The notes: generated by a model not told the origin, from the sequence alone. A stretch of 61,982 nt of DNA, filler included, from Deltaproteobacteria bacterium (GCA_030698575.1; 9 parts of 9 records of this genome joined end to end with filler, not necessarily neighbours in it), one strand, 5' to 3'; shown: positions 9,683 through 19,775, numbered from the whole stretch's first letter. Numbers and translations are program-made.

Positions 9683-10350
9683 ACGCCAACCTCCTCCACG
9701 CGATAGCCGCGGCGCAGGGCAAGGTAGATGATCTCGGGATCGAAGGTGAAGCTGTCGATGCGCTGGCGCGAAAAGACGTCTCGCGCGGCCTCGGCGCGGT
9801 AGGCCTTGAACCCGCACTGCGTGTCGTGAATGCCCCCGAAGAGCAGCGCCTGAACCATCAGGTTGAAGGCCGGGCCCAGCGGCCGCCTGTACCACGGCTG
9901 GGCCACGGGGATGCTGGCGTCCGGCACGGCCCGGGAGCCGACCACGATGTCGGCGCCGGCATCGAGCTTCGCGCGAAGCTTTTCCCATTCGGCGATCGGC
10001 GTTGCGCTGTCGGCGTCCATGATGAGGAGGTATCGGCCACGGGCGTGCAGCATGCCCAGCCGGGCCGCGCATCCCTTTCCATGATTGTTGGCGTGCCGGA
10101 TAACGGCGAAGGCGTGGTGTGTTCTGGACAGCAGCGCCTCGGCCATTTCTGCCGTTCCGTCCAGGCTCCCGTCGTCGGCCACCACGATCTCGACCGGATC
10201 ACGGAAGTAGCCCGCCACCTCGCGAAGAGTCCGCGGCAAACGCTGGCGCTCGTTGTAAGCAGGGACGATGACGGACAGCGATGGGCGGGCGGCGGGGGCG
10301 CGCTCGCGCAGCGTCACGGGAGGGGGGCAGGGTCGTCCTCGGAGATTCAT
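9683..10350 (-). CDS. GT2 glycosyltransferase (dolichyl-phosphate beta-glucosyltransferase-like), 3'-truncated
   Basis: LSVIVPAYNE, ADDGSLDGT, NHGKG, MDADSAT and DTQCGFK motifs. Confidence 0.93.
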
Positions 10351-10508
10351 GCTGGGATCCCTATAGCACAGAGCGAGAGGGCCACCAAGACGGCGGTTTC
10401 CGCGCCGCCGCCTCCCGCGGGTTCCTTGCGCCTGTGCCCGGGGAGACCTACCTTGATCGCGCGCTCCGCGGACCCCGCATCCGCCCCTCACCCGTTCCCC
10501 GAGCCTCG

Positions 10509-11813
10509 ATGCCGCCGGCACGACGAGTCCCCACGACGCCCAGCACGCCGCGCGTGTTCTACGGCTGGCGCATCGTGGGCGTCAGCTTCCTTACGCACTT
10601 CATTGGAACCGGCTTCATTTTCTACTCCTACGGCGTCTTCTTCCGTCCCCTTCAGGATCTCTTCGGGTGGACCCGCTTCGATGTTGGCGCCGGGCTCTAC
10701 GTGATTTCCATCATGACCGCCGTCTTCTCCCCGCCCGTCGCGCGCCTCATCGACCGGCGGGGAATCCGGCTCACCATGCTTCTGGGCGCAATGGTTCTCT
10801 CCGCCGGATTCGTGGCCCTGCACTTCGTGGGGACGCTGTGGCAGTACTACGCTGTCCTGGGCAGCCTGGTGGCCCTCGGCGGAGTCTGCCTGGGGCCCAT
10901 TGCCGGAAACACTCTCGTGGCGAACTGGTTCGAGCGACATCGCGGGAAGGCGCTTGGCGTGGCCACCACGGGCCTCTCGCTATCCGGCCTCGTCCTCGTG
11001 CCCGGCATCACCGCCCTGGTCGGGAGCGTCGGTCTGCTCAACTCTTACCTGGTGATGGCGGCGGTTATCCTGCTCCTGATTGTTCCCCCGGTAGCGCTCA
11101 TCGTCGTGAACCAGCCCGAGGACATGGGGCTGGGTCCGGACGGCGACACACGCCTGCCGGAGAATGCGGCGGATGTCCCCCTCATGGTGCCCGCCGCGAC
11201 AGAGGGCGCCTACCTGTCACGCGGCGACTATCTCCGGAGCACCACTTCGGTGCTCCGGGAGCGCGAGTTCTGGCTGATCATCGCCACCTTCACGCCCGTC
11301 TTCATGGGACTCGGCGCGATCCTGATCCACATGATTCCCCACTTCACCGATGTCGGCCTCTCACCGTCGATGTCGGCGCTGGCGCTCTCGTCGGCGGCAG
11401 GCGCCGGCGTCGTCGGCAAGATCGTCTTTGGCTACCTGACCGATCACGCCAGCAAGAAGGCGGCCGTGTTTCTTTCCTTCGTCGTCCAGATAGCGGGGAC
11501 GCTGCTGCTGATGACAGCTCAGACGCCAGCGGTCGTCTACACATTCGCGGCGCTCTTCGGGTTCGGGATGGGGGGCGTGGTGCCCCTTCAGGCGAGCGTG
11601 ACGGTGGAGATCTTCGGGCGGGAGTCTTTCGCTTCCGTGAGCGCGCTCCTGACGCTCTTCATGGTGCCTGTTCAGGCGCTGGGGGCGCCGCTGGCGGGGT
11701 GGATCTACGACCGGCAGGGTTCCTACGATCTGGCCTGGAAGATCTTTCTCGCCAATTACATCCTGGCGACGGGGATACTCTTGCTGCTGCGAATCCGGCC
11801 CCGCTGGCGCTGA
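10509..11813 (+). CDS. MFS transporter
   Basis: VFYGWRIV, RLIDRRGIR and VANWFERHRGKALG motifs; about 12 hydrophobic segments. Confidence 0.92.
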   Translation: MPPARRVPTTPSTPRVFYGWRIVGVSFLTHFIGTGFIFYSYGVFFRPLQDLFGWTRFDVGAGLYVISIMTAVFSPPVARLIDRRGIRLTMLLGAMVLSAGFVALHFVGTLWQYYAVLGSLVALGGVCLGPIAGNTLVANWFERHRGKALGVATTGLSLSGLVLVPGITALVGSVGLLNSYLVMAAVILLLIVPPVALIVVNQPEDMGLGPDGDTRLPENAADVPLMVPAATEGAYLSRGDYLRSTTSVLREREFWLIIATFTPVFMGLGAILIHMIPHFTDVGLSPSMSALALSSAAGAGVVGKIVFGYLTDHASKKAAVFLSFVVQIAGTLLLMTAQTPAVVYTFAALFGFGMGGVVPLQASVTVEIFGRESFASVSALLTLFMVPVQALGAPLAGWIYDRQGSYDLAWKIFLANYILATGILLLLRIRPRWR

Positions 11814-11858
11814 AGCTTCTCCCGCCATACCGGCGAGGCCTCGGGCGCCGCGCGCCTT

Positions 11859-12380
11859 TTACACAGACTTCCCGGCCTTGACCTCCGCAGCGGCGACGGC
11901 CGCCTGTTCCTCGTGAGGGCCCGGGTAACGGATAACCAGGACGGGGCAGGGGGCGTGCTTCAGAACATTGCTCATGGTGGTTCCGGTGAAGCTCTGCTGA
12001 AGCGTCTTCTCGGCGTGCGTTCCCATCACAATGAGATGGGCGTGGATGTCCTTGGCCTGCCGAAGGATCTCGTCCGCGAAACCCCCGTGGGTAATGCTCG
12101 TCCTGGTCGTCTTGAAGGTTTTCTGGCTGGCGCCCGCCTGCTCGAGCATCTTCTCGATTCGCTGCCGGAAGATCCGGTCATAGAGATCGGGCTCGCGAAT
12201 TTCCGGGGAGTAAAGCGGGTCCTTCTCTTTGGGATCCGCCATCACATGAATGGCGCAAATCTCGGAGTCGAAGCGCAGGGCCAGATCGTGCGCGAGTCGG
12301 AACGCTTGTTCGGAGTGGGAACAGAGGCTGACGGGAACCAGGATCCGCTCGACCTTGATGGGGATGACCGGCATCGACAT
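11859..12380 (-). CDS. Universal stress protein (UspA family)
   Basis: RILVPVS..HS, LIVMGTH and G..MSNVLKHAPCPVLVI motifs. Confidence 0.92.
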   Translation of the reverse strand: MSMPVIPIKVERILVPVSLCSHSEQAFRLAHDLALRFDSEICAIHVMADPKEKDPLYSPEIREPDLYDRIFRQRIEKMLEQAGASQKTFKTTRTSITHGGFADEILRQAKDIHAHLIVMGTHAEKTLQQSFTGTTMSNVLKHAPCPVLVIRYPGPHEEQAAVAAAEVKAGKSV

Positions 12381-12627
12381 GCGGCACCTCCTGAAGAGAG
12401 GCTTGCGGCGGCCCCCCGGAGGGAAGCCCGGCCCGCCTGGCGACGGCGAGGCCTTTCCGGCCTATAGCACGTCCCGTCCCGGCGACACAATACGGGCCGG
12501 GTCCGCACCACCGGGCGTTGCAGATCATGGAATCGTTGATTTTCCCCCACGCGGCGTTTATGCTTCGAGCAGGCGCCTGAAAGTTGGGCCGTCCTCAAGC
12601 GGCCCGCGGATCAGGGCGGCCTCGAAG

Positions 12628-14373
12628 TTGTTGCGGGAGGCACTCACGAACCGGTTATACGGAAACATCCAGGGTCTCAAGCCCAATCAGATCAAGCGGA
12701 TTCAACACGTTTACCGCCGCAGAATTCCGCCACACCAGATCGCGACCCCCGAGCTGGCCCGATACCTCGGCGAGCTGTCCCAGGAAACCGGACGCCAGAT
12801 CGGCGTCCTCGTGAACCGGAAGGGGCAGATCGAATACGTCGTGGTGGGCGATGCGCGGTCGATCTTTCTCCCCGAGTTCGGGCGCCTGCGGGCCGGCGAG
12901 TCGAGGTTCCGGGGACTTCGCTTCATCCACACCCACCTGAAGAACGAACCCCTTACACGGGATGATCTCACCGACCTCTCGCTGCTCCGCCTCGATCTCG
13001 TGGTGGCAATCGGCCTCGACGACGAGGGAATGCCGGTGGTCAGCCACGCCGCCCATCTTCTGCCACGGCCCGCCGAGGAGAATGGCAACGGCCACCCCCT
13101 GCGCGACGCCGATCGCGCTGGCGCCTACCGTTTCCTCGACCCCGTCCACCCCTCGCAGCTCGACCTCGACTTTCTCGATCTCATCCGCAACCTCGAGGAG
13201 GAATTCGCGCGGGTGCACGGGGCGCGAACCGCCTCGGGCCGGCGCGAGAAGGCCATCCTTGCCAAGGTGCGCACGAACGGATCAGCCGACGAGGCCGAAG
13301 CACAGCTCGAAGAGCTGAGGGAGCTGACGCTTTCGGCCGGGGTCGACATCGTCGACGCCTTCACCCAGGCGCGGCCGCGTTTCGATCCAAAGACGCTCAT
13401 CGGCAAGGGGAAGCTCGGTGAGCTGACGATCCGTGCCACCCAGCTCGGCGCCGAACTCCTGATTGTCGATCAGAATCTCACCCCCGCGCAGAACCGGGAG
13501 ATGGCGGCTGCCACGGGGCTCAAGGTGATTGACCGCACGCAGCTCATCCTGGACATCTTCGGGCAGCGCGCAAGGAGCCGGGACGGCAAGATACAGGTCG
13601 AACTGGCCCGCCTGAAGTACATGCTCCCGCGGCTGGCCCAACGCGATGACGCGCTCTCACGCCTCACGGGAGGGATCGGCGCGAGGGGGCCCGGCGAGAC
13701 CCGCCTCGAGGTCGACCGCCGGCGCACGCGCGATCGCATTGCCCGCCTCGAGCGCGAGATCAAATCGCTTTCCCGCGGACGCGCGCAGCGGCGATCGCGG
13801 CGCAGCCGCCGCGGGCTGCCGGTCATCTCGATTGTGGGTTACACGAACGCCGGAAAGTCCACCCTGCTGAACGCGCTGACCGGCAGCGAGACCCCGGTGG
13901 CGGATCGCCTCTTCGCCACCCTCGATCCGGCCTCGAAGCGGTTGCGTTTCCCCCGGGAGCAGGAGGCGATCATCACCGACACGGTGGGATTCATCCGGGA
14001 TCTCCCGAAGGATCTCATCGCCGCCTTCAAAGCGACGCTCGAGGAGCTGGCGGAGGCCGATCTCCTCCTGCACGTCGCCGACGTCTCGAGCCCGCGCTTC
14101 GAGGCGCAGCGGGAGGCGGTCGAACGCATTCTCCGCGATCTTTCCCTCGACGCCATTCCACGGCTCCTCGTGCTGAACAAGATCGACCGGGCGGACCCGC
14201 TGGAGGTGGCGGGCGAGGTCGCTCGCCACGACGCCGTCCCCGTTTCGGCCATTGACCTCACCACGGTCGCCCCGCTCGTGGAGCGAGTTCAGAACATCCT
14301 CTGGCGCGAGGCTCCCTCGACCCACGCCGCCGAGGCGATTCGCGCCTGGTCGTCTCCGGATCGCCAGGATTGA
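12628..14373 (+). CDS. hflX: GTPase HflX (long N-terminal form); start uncertain (12628-12646)
   Basis: YGNIQGLK N-terminus, DRTQLILDIF, QVELARLKY, GPGETRLE, G1 VGYTNAGKSTL, LFATLDP, DTVGFI and NKID motifs. Confidence 0.96.
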   Translation: MLREALTNRLYGNIQGLKPNQIKRIQHVYRRRIPPHQIATPELARYLGELSQETGRQIGVLVNRKGQIEYVVVGDARSIFLPEFGRLRAGESRFRGLRFIHTHLKNEPLTRDDLTDLSLLRLDLVVAIGLDDEGMPVVSHAAHLLPRPAEENGNGHPLRDADRAGAYRFLDPVHPSQLDLDFLDLIRNLEEEFARVHGARTASGRREKAILAKVRTNGSADEAEAQLEELRELTLSAGVDIVDAFTQARPRFDPKTLIGKGKLGELTIRATQLGAELLIVDQNLTPAQNREMAAATGLKVIDRTQLILDIFGQRARSRDGKIQVELARLKYMLPRLAQRDDALSRLTGGIGARGPGETRLEVDRRRTRDRIARLEREIKSLSRGRAQRRSRRSRRGLPVISIVGYTNAGKSTLLNALTGSETPVADRLFATLDPASKRLRFPREQEAIITDTVGFIRDLPKDLIAAFKATLEELAEADLLLHVADVSSPRFEAQREAVERILRDLSLDAIPRLLVLNKIDRADPLEVAGEVARHDAVPVSAIDLTTVAPLVERVQNILWREAPSTHAAEAIRAWSSPDRQD

Positions 14374-14430
14374 CGCGGGTTTGCGCTCGCAACTGTTTCG
14401 TTGACAGCCGCGGATCGATATGTGAGCTTT

Positions 14431-14542
14431 ACCCCCCAGAGAGAGGGGGGGGACCATCCCGGACCCACGGAGTCGGGTTTCTCCTCCTGTGACCCCCATC
14501 GCCCGCGCCGTCCCGGCGCTCCGAACCCGGTGGGGGTTTTTT
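14431..14542 (+). ncRNA. Putative small RNA or attenuator between hflX and fabH
   Basis: TTGACA at 14401, two GC hairpins, single-stranded CTCCTCCT (14481-14488), then a hairpin (14492-14537) followed by a T-run. Confidence 0.45.
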
Positions 14543-14582
14543 CAGGCGCCTTCGTTCTCCGCCTTCGTTCTCCGGAGGTCTC

Positions 14583-15578
14583 ATGCCAAACGCCCGAATC
14601 ACCGGCACCGGACGGGCCATCCCGTCCATCCGCGTTACCAATGAAGATCTCGCCAAGCGCATGGATACGTCGGACGAGTGGGTCCGGCAGCGCACCGGAA
14701 TCTCGACACGATACTGGACACCCGACGACGTCGGGCCCCTCGATCTGGCTGTTGAAGCTTCCAGCAAGGCCATCTCCGCCGCCGGGCTCAAGAACGAAGA
14801 TATCGACATGATTCTCCTGGCGACCCTCTCCCCGGAGCACGAGTTCCCGGGCACCTCGGCCTTCCTGAACGAGGCACTGGGCCTTCCAGGTGTGCCCGCC
14901 ATGGACATTCGATGCCAGTGCACCGGCTTCCTCTACGCGCTCTCCATGGCGAACAGCTTCATCCGCTCCGAGGCCTACAAGCGCATTCTCGTGGTGGGAA
15001 CCGAGGTGCATTCGACGGGCATCGACATCTCGGACCGGGGTCGGGACGTGGCGGTGATCTTCGGCGACGGGGCCGGAGCAGTGGTGGTGGAAGCCACCGA
15101 TGAGGAGCGGGGAATCCTGTCCGCCCATCTTCACGCGGACGGCCGCTACGCCCGCGCACTCTGGATAGAGCACCCGAGCAGCGCCCAGCACCCGGTCCGC
15201 GCCACCACCGAGAATGTGGAGAACGGAACGATCTTCCCCAAGATGGAGGGGCGCCTCGTGTTCAAGCACGCGGTGGTCAAGCTCCCTGAGGTGATCAACT
15301 AGGCGCTCCAGTTCAACAAGCTCTCCCTCGATGACATCGATCATTTCCTCTTTCATCAGGCAAACCTGCGAATCAACGAGATGGTCGCCTCGTCGCTCGG
15401 GATCCCGGAAGAGAAGGTCTACAACAACATCCAGAAGTTCGGGAACACCTCCGCGGCCGCCATCCCCATCCTTCTCGACGAGCTGATCGAGATGGGGCGC
15501 ATCCAGCCGGGCCAGCTTCTCTGCATGGCGGGCTTCGGATCAGGGTTCACTTGGGGATCCAGCATTCTCCGCTGGTGA
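14583..15578 (+). pseudogene. fabH: 3-oxoacyl-ACP synthase III (FabH) interrupted by an in-frame TAG at 15300-15302
   Basis: DTSDEWV, QCTGF (catalytic Cys) and IFGDGAGA precede the stop. The same frame continues *ALQFNKLSLDDIDHFLFHQANLRI...FGNTSAA...GFGSGFTWG. Confidence 0.88.
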
Positions 15579-15600
15579 CCTGCTTCGTCCCGCCCCGGCA

Positions 15601-15633
15601 GACCTCGGGCCTCGGCCCGGGGTCATTTTTTTT
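15601..15633 (+). terminator. Rho-independent terminator after fabH
   Basis: GACCTCGGGCC-TC-GGCCCGGGGTC hairpin followed by a T-run. Confidence 0.75.
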
Positions 15634-15653
15634 CCTGAGCCATTACAGCTATT

Positions 15654-15701
15654 TAACACGCTGCGGCAAAAAAGTGCTGGCGTAGTTAACGCAGTGTGTT
15701 A
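15654..15701. promoter_or_regulatory. Tandem palindromic operator sites upstream of the phasin gene
   Basis: TAACAC-GCT-GCGGCA (15654-15668) and TAACGC-AGT-GTGTTA (15687-15701). Confidence 0.55.
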
Positions 15702-15827
15702 TGACTATTGGCGCCGGCGCGAGATGAGACCGGCGGCCGCCTCGGGAGCCGTGGGGGCGTTTTGGAAGCAGAGGCGTCCACCGGCTCGGACGCCCGACTG
15801 AGAGTTTCACCAACGGAGGTATGAGCC

Positions 15828-16256
15828 ATGGCGAAGGCAAGGACGAAGTCGTTCGGTTCGACGACCCTTCCCAAGATCATCGAGGAGAACCTCGATCGCC
15901 TTACCGACACCCTCAACCGGATCCAGCGCGATGCAGAGAAGCTGCAGCGAAAGATCGTTCGGAAGGGGAAGGAAGCCGAGCGCGAGGGAAGGAAGCAGGT
16001 CAACAAGCTTCTGAAAGAGTTCCGCAAGAACGGCGTTGCCAGCCAGATCAAGACGGCTCGCAAGCAGGTCGAGAAGCAGGTGGACGAGGGCGTGACGCAG
16101 GTTTTCAAGGCGCTCAACATCCCCGAGCGGAAGGATGTGGATGCTCTCCGCCGGAAGGTGTCGGTGCTCGAAAAGCAGATTGGCACGCTGCGCCGGACCC
16201 GGCGCCGCACCGCCAGGCGAACCAGCTCGGCGAGTGGCCCTCAGGTTTCCGCCTGA
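15828..16256 (+). CDS. Phasin family (PhaF/PhaI-like) granule-associated protein
   Basis: Amphipathic helices, LNIPERKDVDALRRKV motif and basic tail; GGAGG RBS. Confidence 0.78.
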   Translation: MAKARTKSFGSTTLPKIIEENLDRLTDTLNRIQRDAEKLQRKIVRKGKEAEREGRKQVNKLLKEFRKNGVASQIKTARKQVEKQVDEGVTQVFKALNIPERKDVDALRRKVSVLEKQIGTLRRTRRRTARRTSSASGPQVSA

Positions 16257-16342
16257 TCAGGCATCAGCAAGAACGCCCAGGGCGCCGGTCACGGAAGGAT
16301 CCGTGATCGCGCCCGGAGGCGCGCCCCATCTCATGGGGGGGT

Positions 16343-16375
16343 GACGGGGGCTCGAAAGAGCCCTCGTTTCTTTTT
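16343..16375 (+). terminator. Rho-independent terminator after the phasin gene
   Basis: GACGGGGGCTC-GAAA-GAGCCCTCGTT followed by TCTTTTT. Confidence 0.8.
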
Positions 16376-16530
16376 GCCTTCGCCCGCCCCAGGTCGCCCG
16401 GACAGACCGGGCCCGCCGTTGAATTAAGCCCCCGCCGGTGCTACGGTGGCGGCAAAACCCGCAGGATTTCAGGCGATTCGGAGCTCGTCGAGGGGCCCGA
16501 GCGGAGTTCGCCTGAAGGGGAGGGAGGCCG

Positions 16531-17700
16531 ATGAACGTCGACGCGATTCGGAGGGAAATCGAGGCCCTCTGCGCGCTGCCCCATCGGGGTTCGACCACGG
16601 AGGAGGAAAGCCAGGCAGCCGACATCCTGGCCGAACGCTTCGGGGAACTGGGGCTCGAAGCCGACGTCGAGCGCTTTCAGTCCCATACCACCTGGTCCTG
16701 GGTCTACGCGATGCTCTTCGGCGGCTTCGTCCTGGCAAGCTTCATATCAGCCGGCTCTCCCTTCCTCGCGTTCCTCATCGCCCTGCTGATGCTCTTTTTC
16801 AACTGGGCCGAGCACACCACGCTGTTCGAAGGGCTGGGCCAGTTCCTCCCCAGGCGCTCCTCCCAGAACGTGATCGGCCGGCTGCCGGCGCAGAACCCCC
16901 GCGCGCACGTGGTGGTCACCGCCCACTACGACACCAGCCGGACGGGGCTTCCTTACGCCCCCGCGATGGTCCGACACTTCCGGAGCTCCTTCATCAGTTC
17001 CGTCGTGACCCAGGTGGGCCTGACGCTGGTATTCCTCATCCGGACCTTCGACGGCGACGGGTTCCTGATCGACGCATTTCAGGTGCTGGCCACCATCTAC
17101 CTCCTCTACGGCATCGCCATCATGGTGGACCGCGAGTTGCGAGGGGAGTACGTGAACGGCGCGAACGACAATGCTTCCGGGGTCGCGGCGATGCTCTCGC
17201 TCGCGGAGGCCTTTTCGAAGAAGCCGGCCAAAGGGCTCGATCTCTGCTTCCTCGCCAATGGCTGCGAGGAGGTCGGAATGACCGGCCAGCGCCACTTCCT
17301 CCTGAACCACGGCCACGAGCTTCCGCCGGATCGCACCTACTTTCTCAACATCGACAACGTTGGCGCGGGCCGGCTTCGCTACTGCACGGGGGAGGGGATG
17401 CTCCGGTTCTTCCCCTACTCCCCCACGCTCGTCCATCTGGCCGGCCGGATCGCCGGGGGCGCCCCATTCCAGGACGTCACGCCCTACGCCTATACCCGCG
17501 CCTATTTCGACGCGCTCGTGCCGGCCGCGCGAGGCTACCAGGCGCTCTCCCTCATCGCGCTCGATGAGGAGGACCAGATCCCGAACTGGCACTGGCATAC
17601 CGACACCATCGAGAACGTCGACATGGAAACGGTGAAGAAGGGGGCCGACTTCGCGGAAGCCATCCTCCGAAGGCTCGACAAGGAACTGGCCGCTTCATAG
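16531..17700 (+). CDS. Membrane-anchored M28-family metallopeptidase
   Basis: SQNVIG, TAHYDT, GANDNASGVA, GCEEVG, NIDNVG and WHWHTD motifs with transmembrane inserts. Confidence 0.9.
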   Translation: MNVDAIRREIEALCALPHRGSTTEEESQAADILAERFGELGLEADVERFQSHTTWSWVYAMLFGGFVLASFISAGSPFLAFLIALLMLFFNWAEHTTLFEGLGQFLPRRSSQNVIGRLPAQNPRAHVVVTAHYDTSRTGLPYAPAMVRHFRSSFISSVVTQVGLTLVFLIRTFDGDGFLIDAFQVLATIYLLYGIAIMVDRELRGEYVNGANDNASGVAAMLSLAEAFSKKPAKGLDLCFLANGCEEVGMTGQRHFLLNHGHELPPDRTYFLNIDNVGAGRLRYCTGEGMLRFFPYSPTLVHLAGRIAGGAPFQDVTPYAYTRAYFDALVPAARGYQALSLIALDEEDQIPNWHWHTDTIENVDMETVKKGADFAEAILRRLDKELAAS

Positions 17701-17725
17701 AAACGCGCCTGGCGGAGAAAGCAGG

Positions 17726-18532
17726 ATGGAGATCGAGGTCAACGGGGTGAAGGCGCACTACGTGGACGAGGGCGAGGGGCCCGTCATCGTCCTGCTCCAC
17801 GGCTTCACCATGAGCACCCACTCCTGGCGCTTCAACATCGCGCCCCTGGCAAAGCGCTTCCGTGTCATCGCGGTCGATCTGCCGGGCTTCGGCCAGAGCG
17901 AGAAGCCGCGGCAGTTTCTCTACGACATGACCGGCTTCGCGCGCTGGGTCTGCGACTTTCTGGACGCCCTGGGCGTGTGCCGGGCGGCCTTCGTGGGAAA
18001 CTCCATGGGCGGGGGCGTTGCCTACACCGTGGCCACCACCGAGCCCGATCGCGTCTCGAGCCTCGTCCTAGTCGACGCGGTCGGCTACCAGCCGCGCAAC
18101 GAGCGCTTCTTCATATTCCGGATCATGGGCATCCCCTGGCTCGGAGAATTCTCGACCGCCACGCTCAATGGCCTCGCCGTGCGCCTCATCCTGCGGACCT
18201 TCATCTTTCATGATCCGGGTTTCGTCACGGCCGACGTCGTGCGCGAGTACATAGCGCCCCTCAAGAGCGCCGGCGGGCGCGCGGCAGCGCTCCGCACCAT
18301 CCGGACTATCGATTTCGACGCCGCGCCCGGGTCCGTTCCCTGCCGGCGGCCGACTCTCATTCTCTGGGGCGACCGCGATCGCATCGTCCCGGTGTCCCAC
18401 GCCCAGCTGTTCGCGCGCGATCTGCAGGACGCAAAGCTGCACGTCTTCGAGAATGCCGGCCACTTTCCCCAGGTCGAAAGGGCGGAAGCCTTCAACCACG
18501 AAGTCGAGACGTTCGTCGCCGCCCATCCCTGA
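17726..18532 (+). CDS. Alpha/beta hydrolase
   Basis: LLHGF, DLPGFGQS, GNSMGG and AGHFPQVE motifs. Confidence 0.93.
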   Translation: MEIEVNGVKAHYVDEGEGPVIVLLHGFTMSTHSWRFNIAPLAKRFRVIAVDLPGFGQSEKPRQFLYDMTGFARWVCDFLDALGVCRAAFVGNSMGGGVAYTVATTEPDRVSSLVLVDAVGYQPRNERFFIFRIMGIPWLGEFSTATLNGLAVRLILRTFIFHDPGFVTADVVREYIAPLKSAGGRAAALRTIRTIDFDAAPGSVPCRRPTLILWGDRDRIVPVSHAQLFARDLQDAKLHVFENAGHFPQVERAEAFNHEVETFVAAHP

Positions 18533-18577
18533 ACACGCGCCCGCTCTCCAGGAACGGTGCGCTCGCAGGAACCGAGC

Positions 18578-19747
18578 ATGAAGGGTTTCGAAGCCCCCGA
18601 TTTCATGGCCATGGACGGGCTCCTGACGCCCGAGGAGCGCGCCGCCGGCGCCACTGTGCGCAGCTGGGTGGAGGAGCGCTTTCTTCCGGTGATCGAGGAG
18701 CACAACCGTGCCGGCACCTTTCCGATGGAGCTGGTGCCCGAGGTCGCGAAGCTCGGTGTCTTCGGCGCGAACATGTCGGGTTACGGCTGCGCGGGCATGT
18801 CGAACGTCGCCTATGGGCTCATCATGCAGGAGCTGGAGCGGGGCGACAGCGGCCTCAGGAGCTTCGCCAGCGTCCAGGGGGCGCTGTGCATGTATCCGAT
18901 CCTCACCTTCGGAACCGATGCTCAGCGGGAGAAGTGGCTCCCCGCGATGGTGCGAGGCGAGAAGATCGGGTGCTTCGGTTTGACGGAGCCCGACTTCGGC
19001 TCCGATCCGGGCGGCATGCGGAGCCGCGCTCGCCGCTCGGGAAAGGGCTACGTCCTGAACGGCACCAAGATGTGGATCACGAACGGCTCGGTCGCAGACG
19101 TGGCCGTGGTCTGGGCGCGGACGGAAGAGGGCCCGGTGCGGGGGTTCCTCGTCGAGCGCGGCACGCCGGGCTACAGCGCCAGGGACATCAAAGGGAAGTT
19201 CTCCATGCGCGCCAGCGTCACGAGCGAACTGGTGCTCGATAACGTGGAGATCCCCGAGGAGAATCTGCTGCCCGGAACAGAGGGCCTCCGCTCGGCGCTC
19301 ATGTGTCTGAACCAGGCCCGATACAGCATCGCATGGGGCGCCATCGGGGCGGCCATGGCCTGCTACGACACCGCCCTTCGCTACGCCGGGAGCCGCATCG
19401 TCTTTGACAAGCCGGTGGCCGGCTACCAGCTCGTTCAGCAGAAGCTCGTCTGGATGATCACCGAGATCAGCAAGGCGCAGCTTCTCGTCCTCCAGCTCGG
19501 GCGGCTGAAGGATGACGGGCGGGCCAGGCCGGATCAGGTCTCGATGGGCAAGATGAACAACGTCCACATCGCACTCGAGATCGCCCGCATGGCCCGGGAC
19601 ATCCTCGGTGCAAACGGCATCATCGACGAGTATCCCGTGGCGCGGCATCTCTGCAATCTCGAAACCGTGAAGACCTACGAGGGGACTCACGACATCCACA
19701 CGCTCGTGATCGGTGAGGCCATTACCGGTCTCGGCGCCTACCGCTGA
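18578..19747 (+). CDS. Acyl-CoA dehydrogenase (glutaryl-CoA dehydrogenase-like)
   Basis: ELERGDSGLRS, GCFGLTEPDFGSDP, KMWITNG and TYEGTHDIH motifs. Confidence 0.93.
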   Translation: MKGFEAPDFMAMDGLLTPEERAAGATVRSWVEERFLPVIEEHNRAGTFPMELVPEVAKLGVFGANMSGYGCAGMSNVAYGLIMQELERGDSGLRSFASVQGALCMYPILTFGTDAQREKWLPAMVRGEKIGCFGLTEPDFGSDPGGMRSRARRSGKGYVLNGTKMWITNGSVADVAVVWARTEEGPVRGFLVERGTPGYSARDIKGKFSMRASVTSELVLDNVEIPEENLLPGTEGLRSALMCLNQARYSIAWGAIGAAMACYDTALRYAGSRIVFDKPVAGYQLVQQKLVWMITEISKAQLLVLQLGRLKDDGRARPDQVSMGKMNNVHIALEIARMARDILGANGIIDEYPVARHLCNLETVKTYEGTHDIHTLVIGEAITGLGAYR

Positions 19748-19775
19748 TCCCCCGGCCGGAGGGCCGGAACGTCCC

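Noticed and set aside
14583-15578. Genome-wide TAG reassignment
   Set aside because: Only one internal TAG was seen, and several conserved genes end at TAG at their expected C-termini.
16285-16310. GGTCACGGAAGGA as SRP RNA domain IV
   Set aside because: Lacks the CAGG...GGAA...AGCAG internal-loop pattern; it is a simple hairpin.
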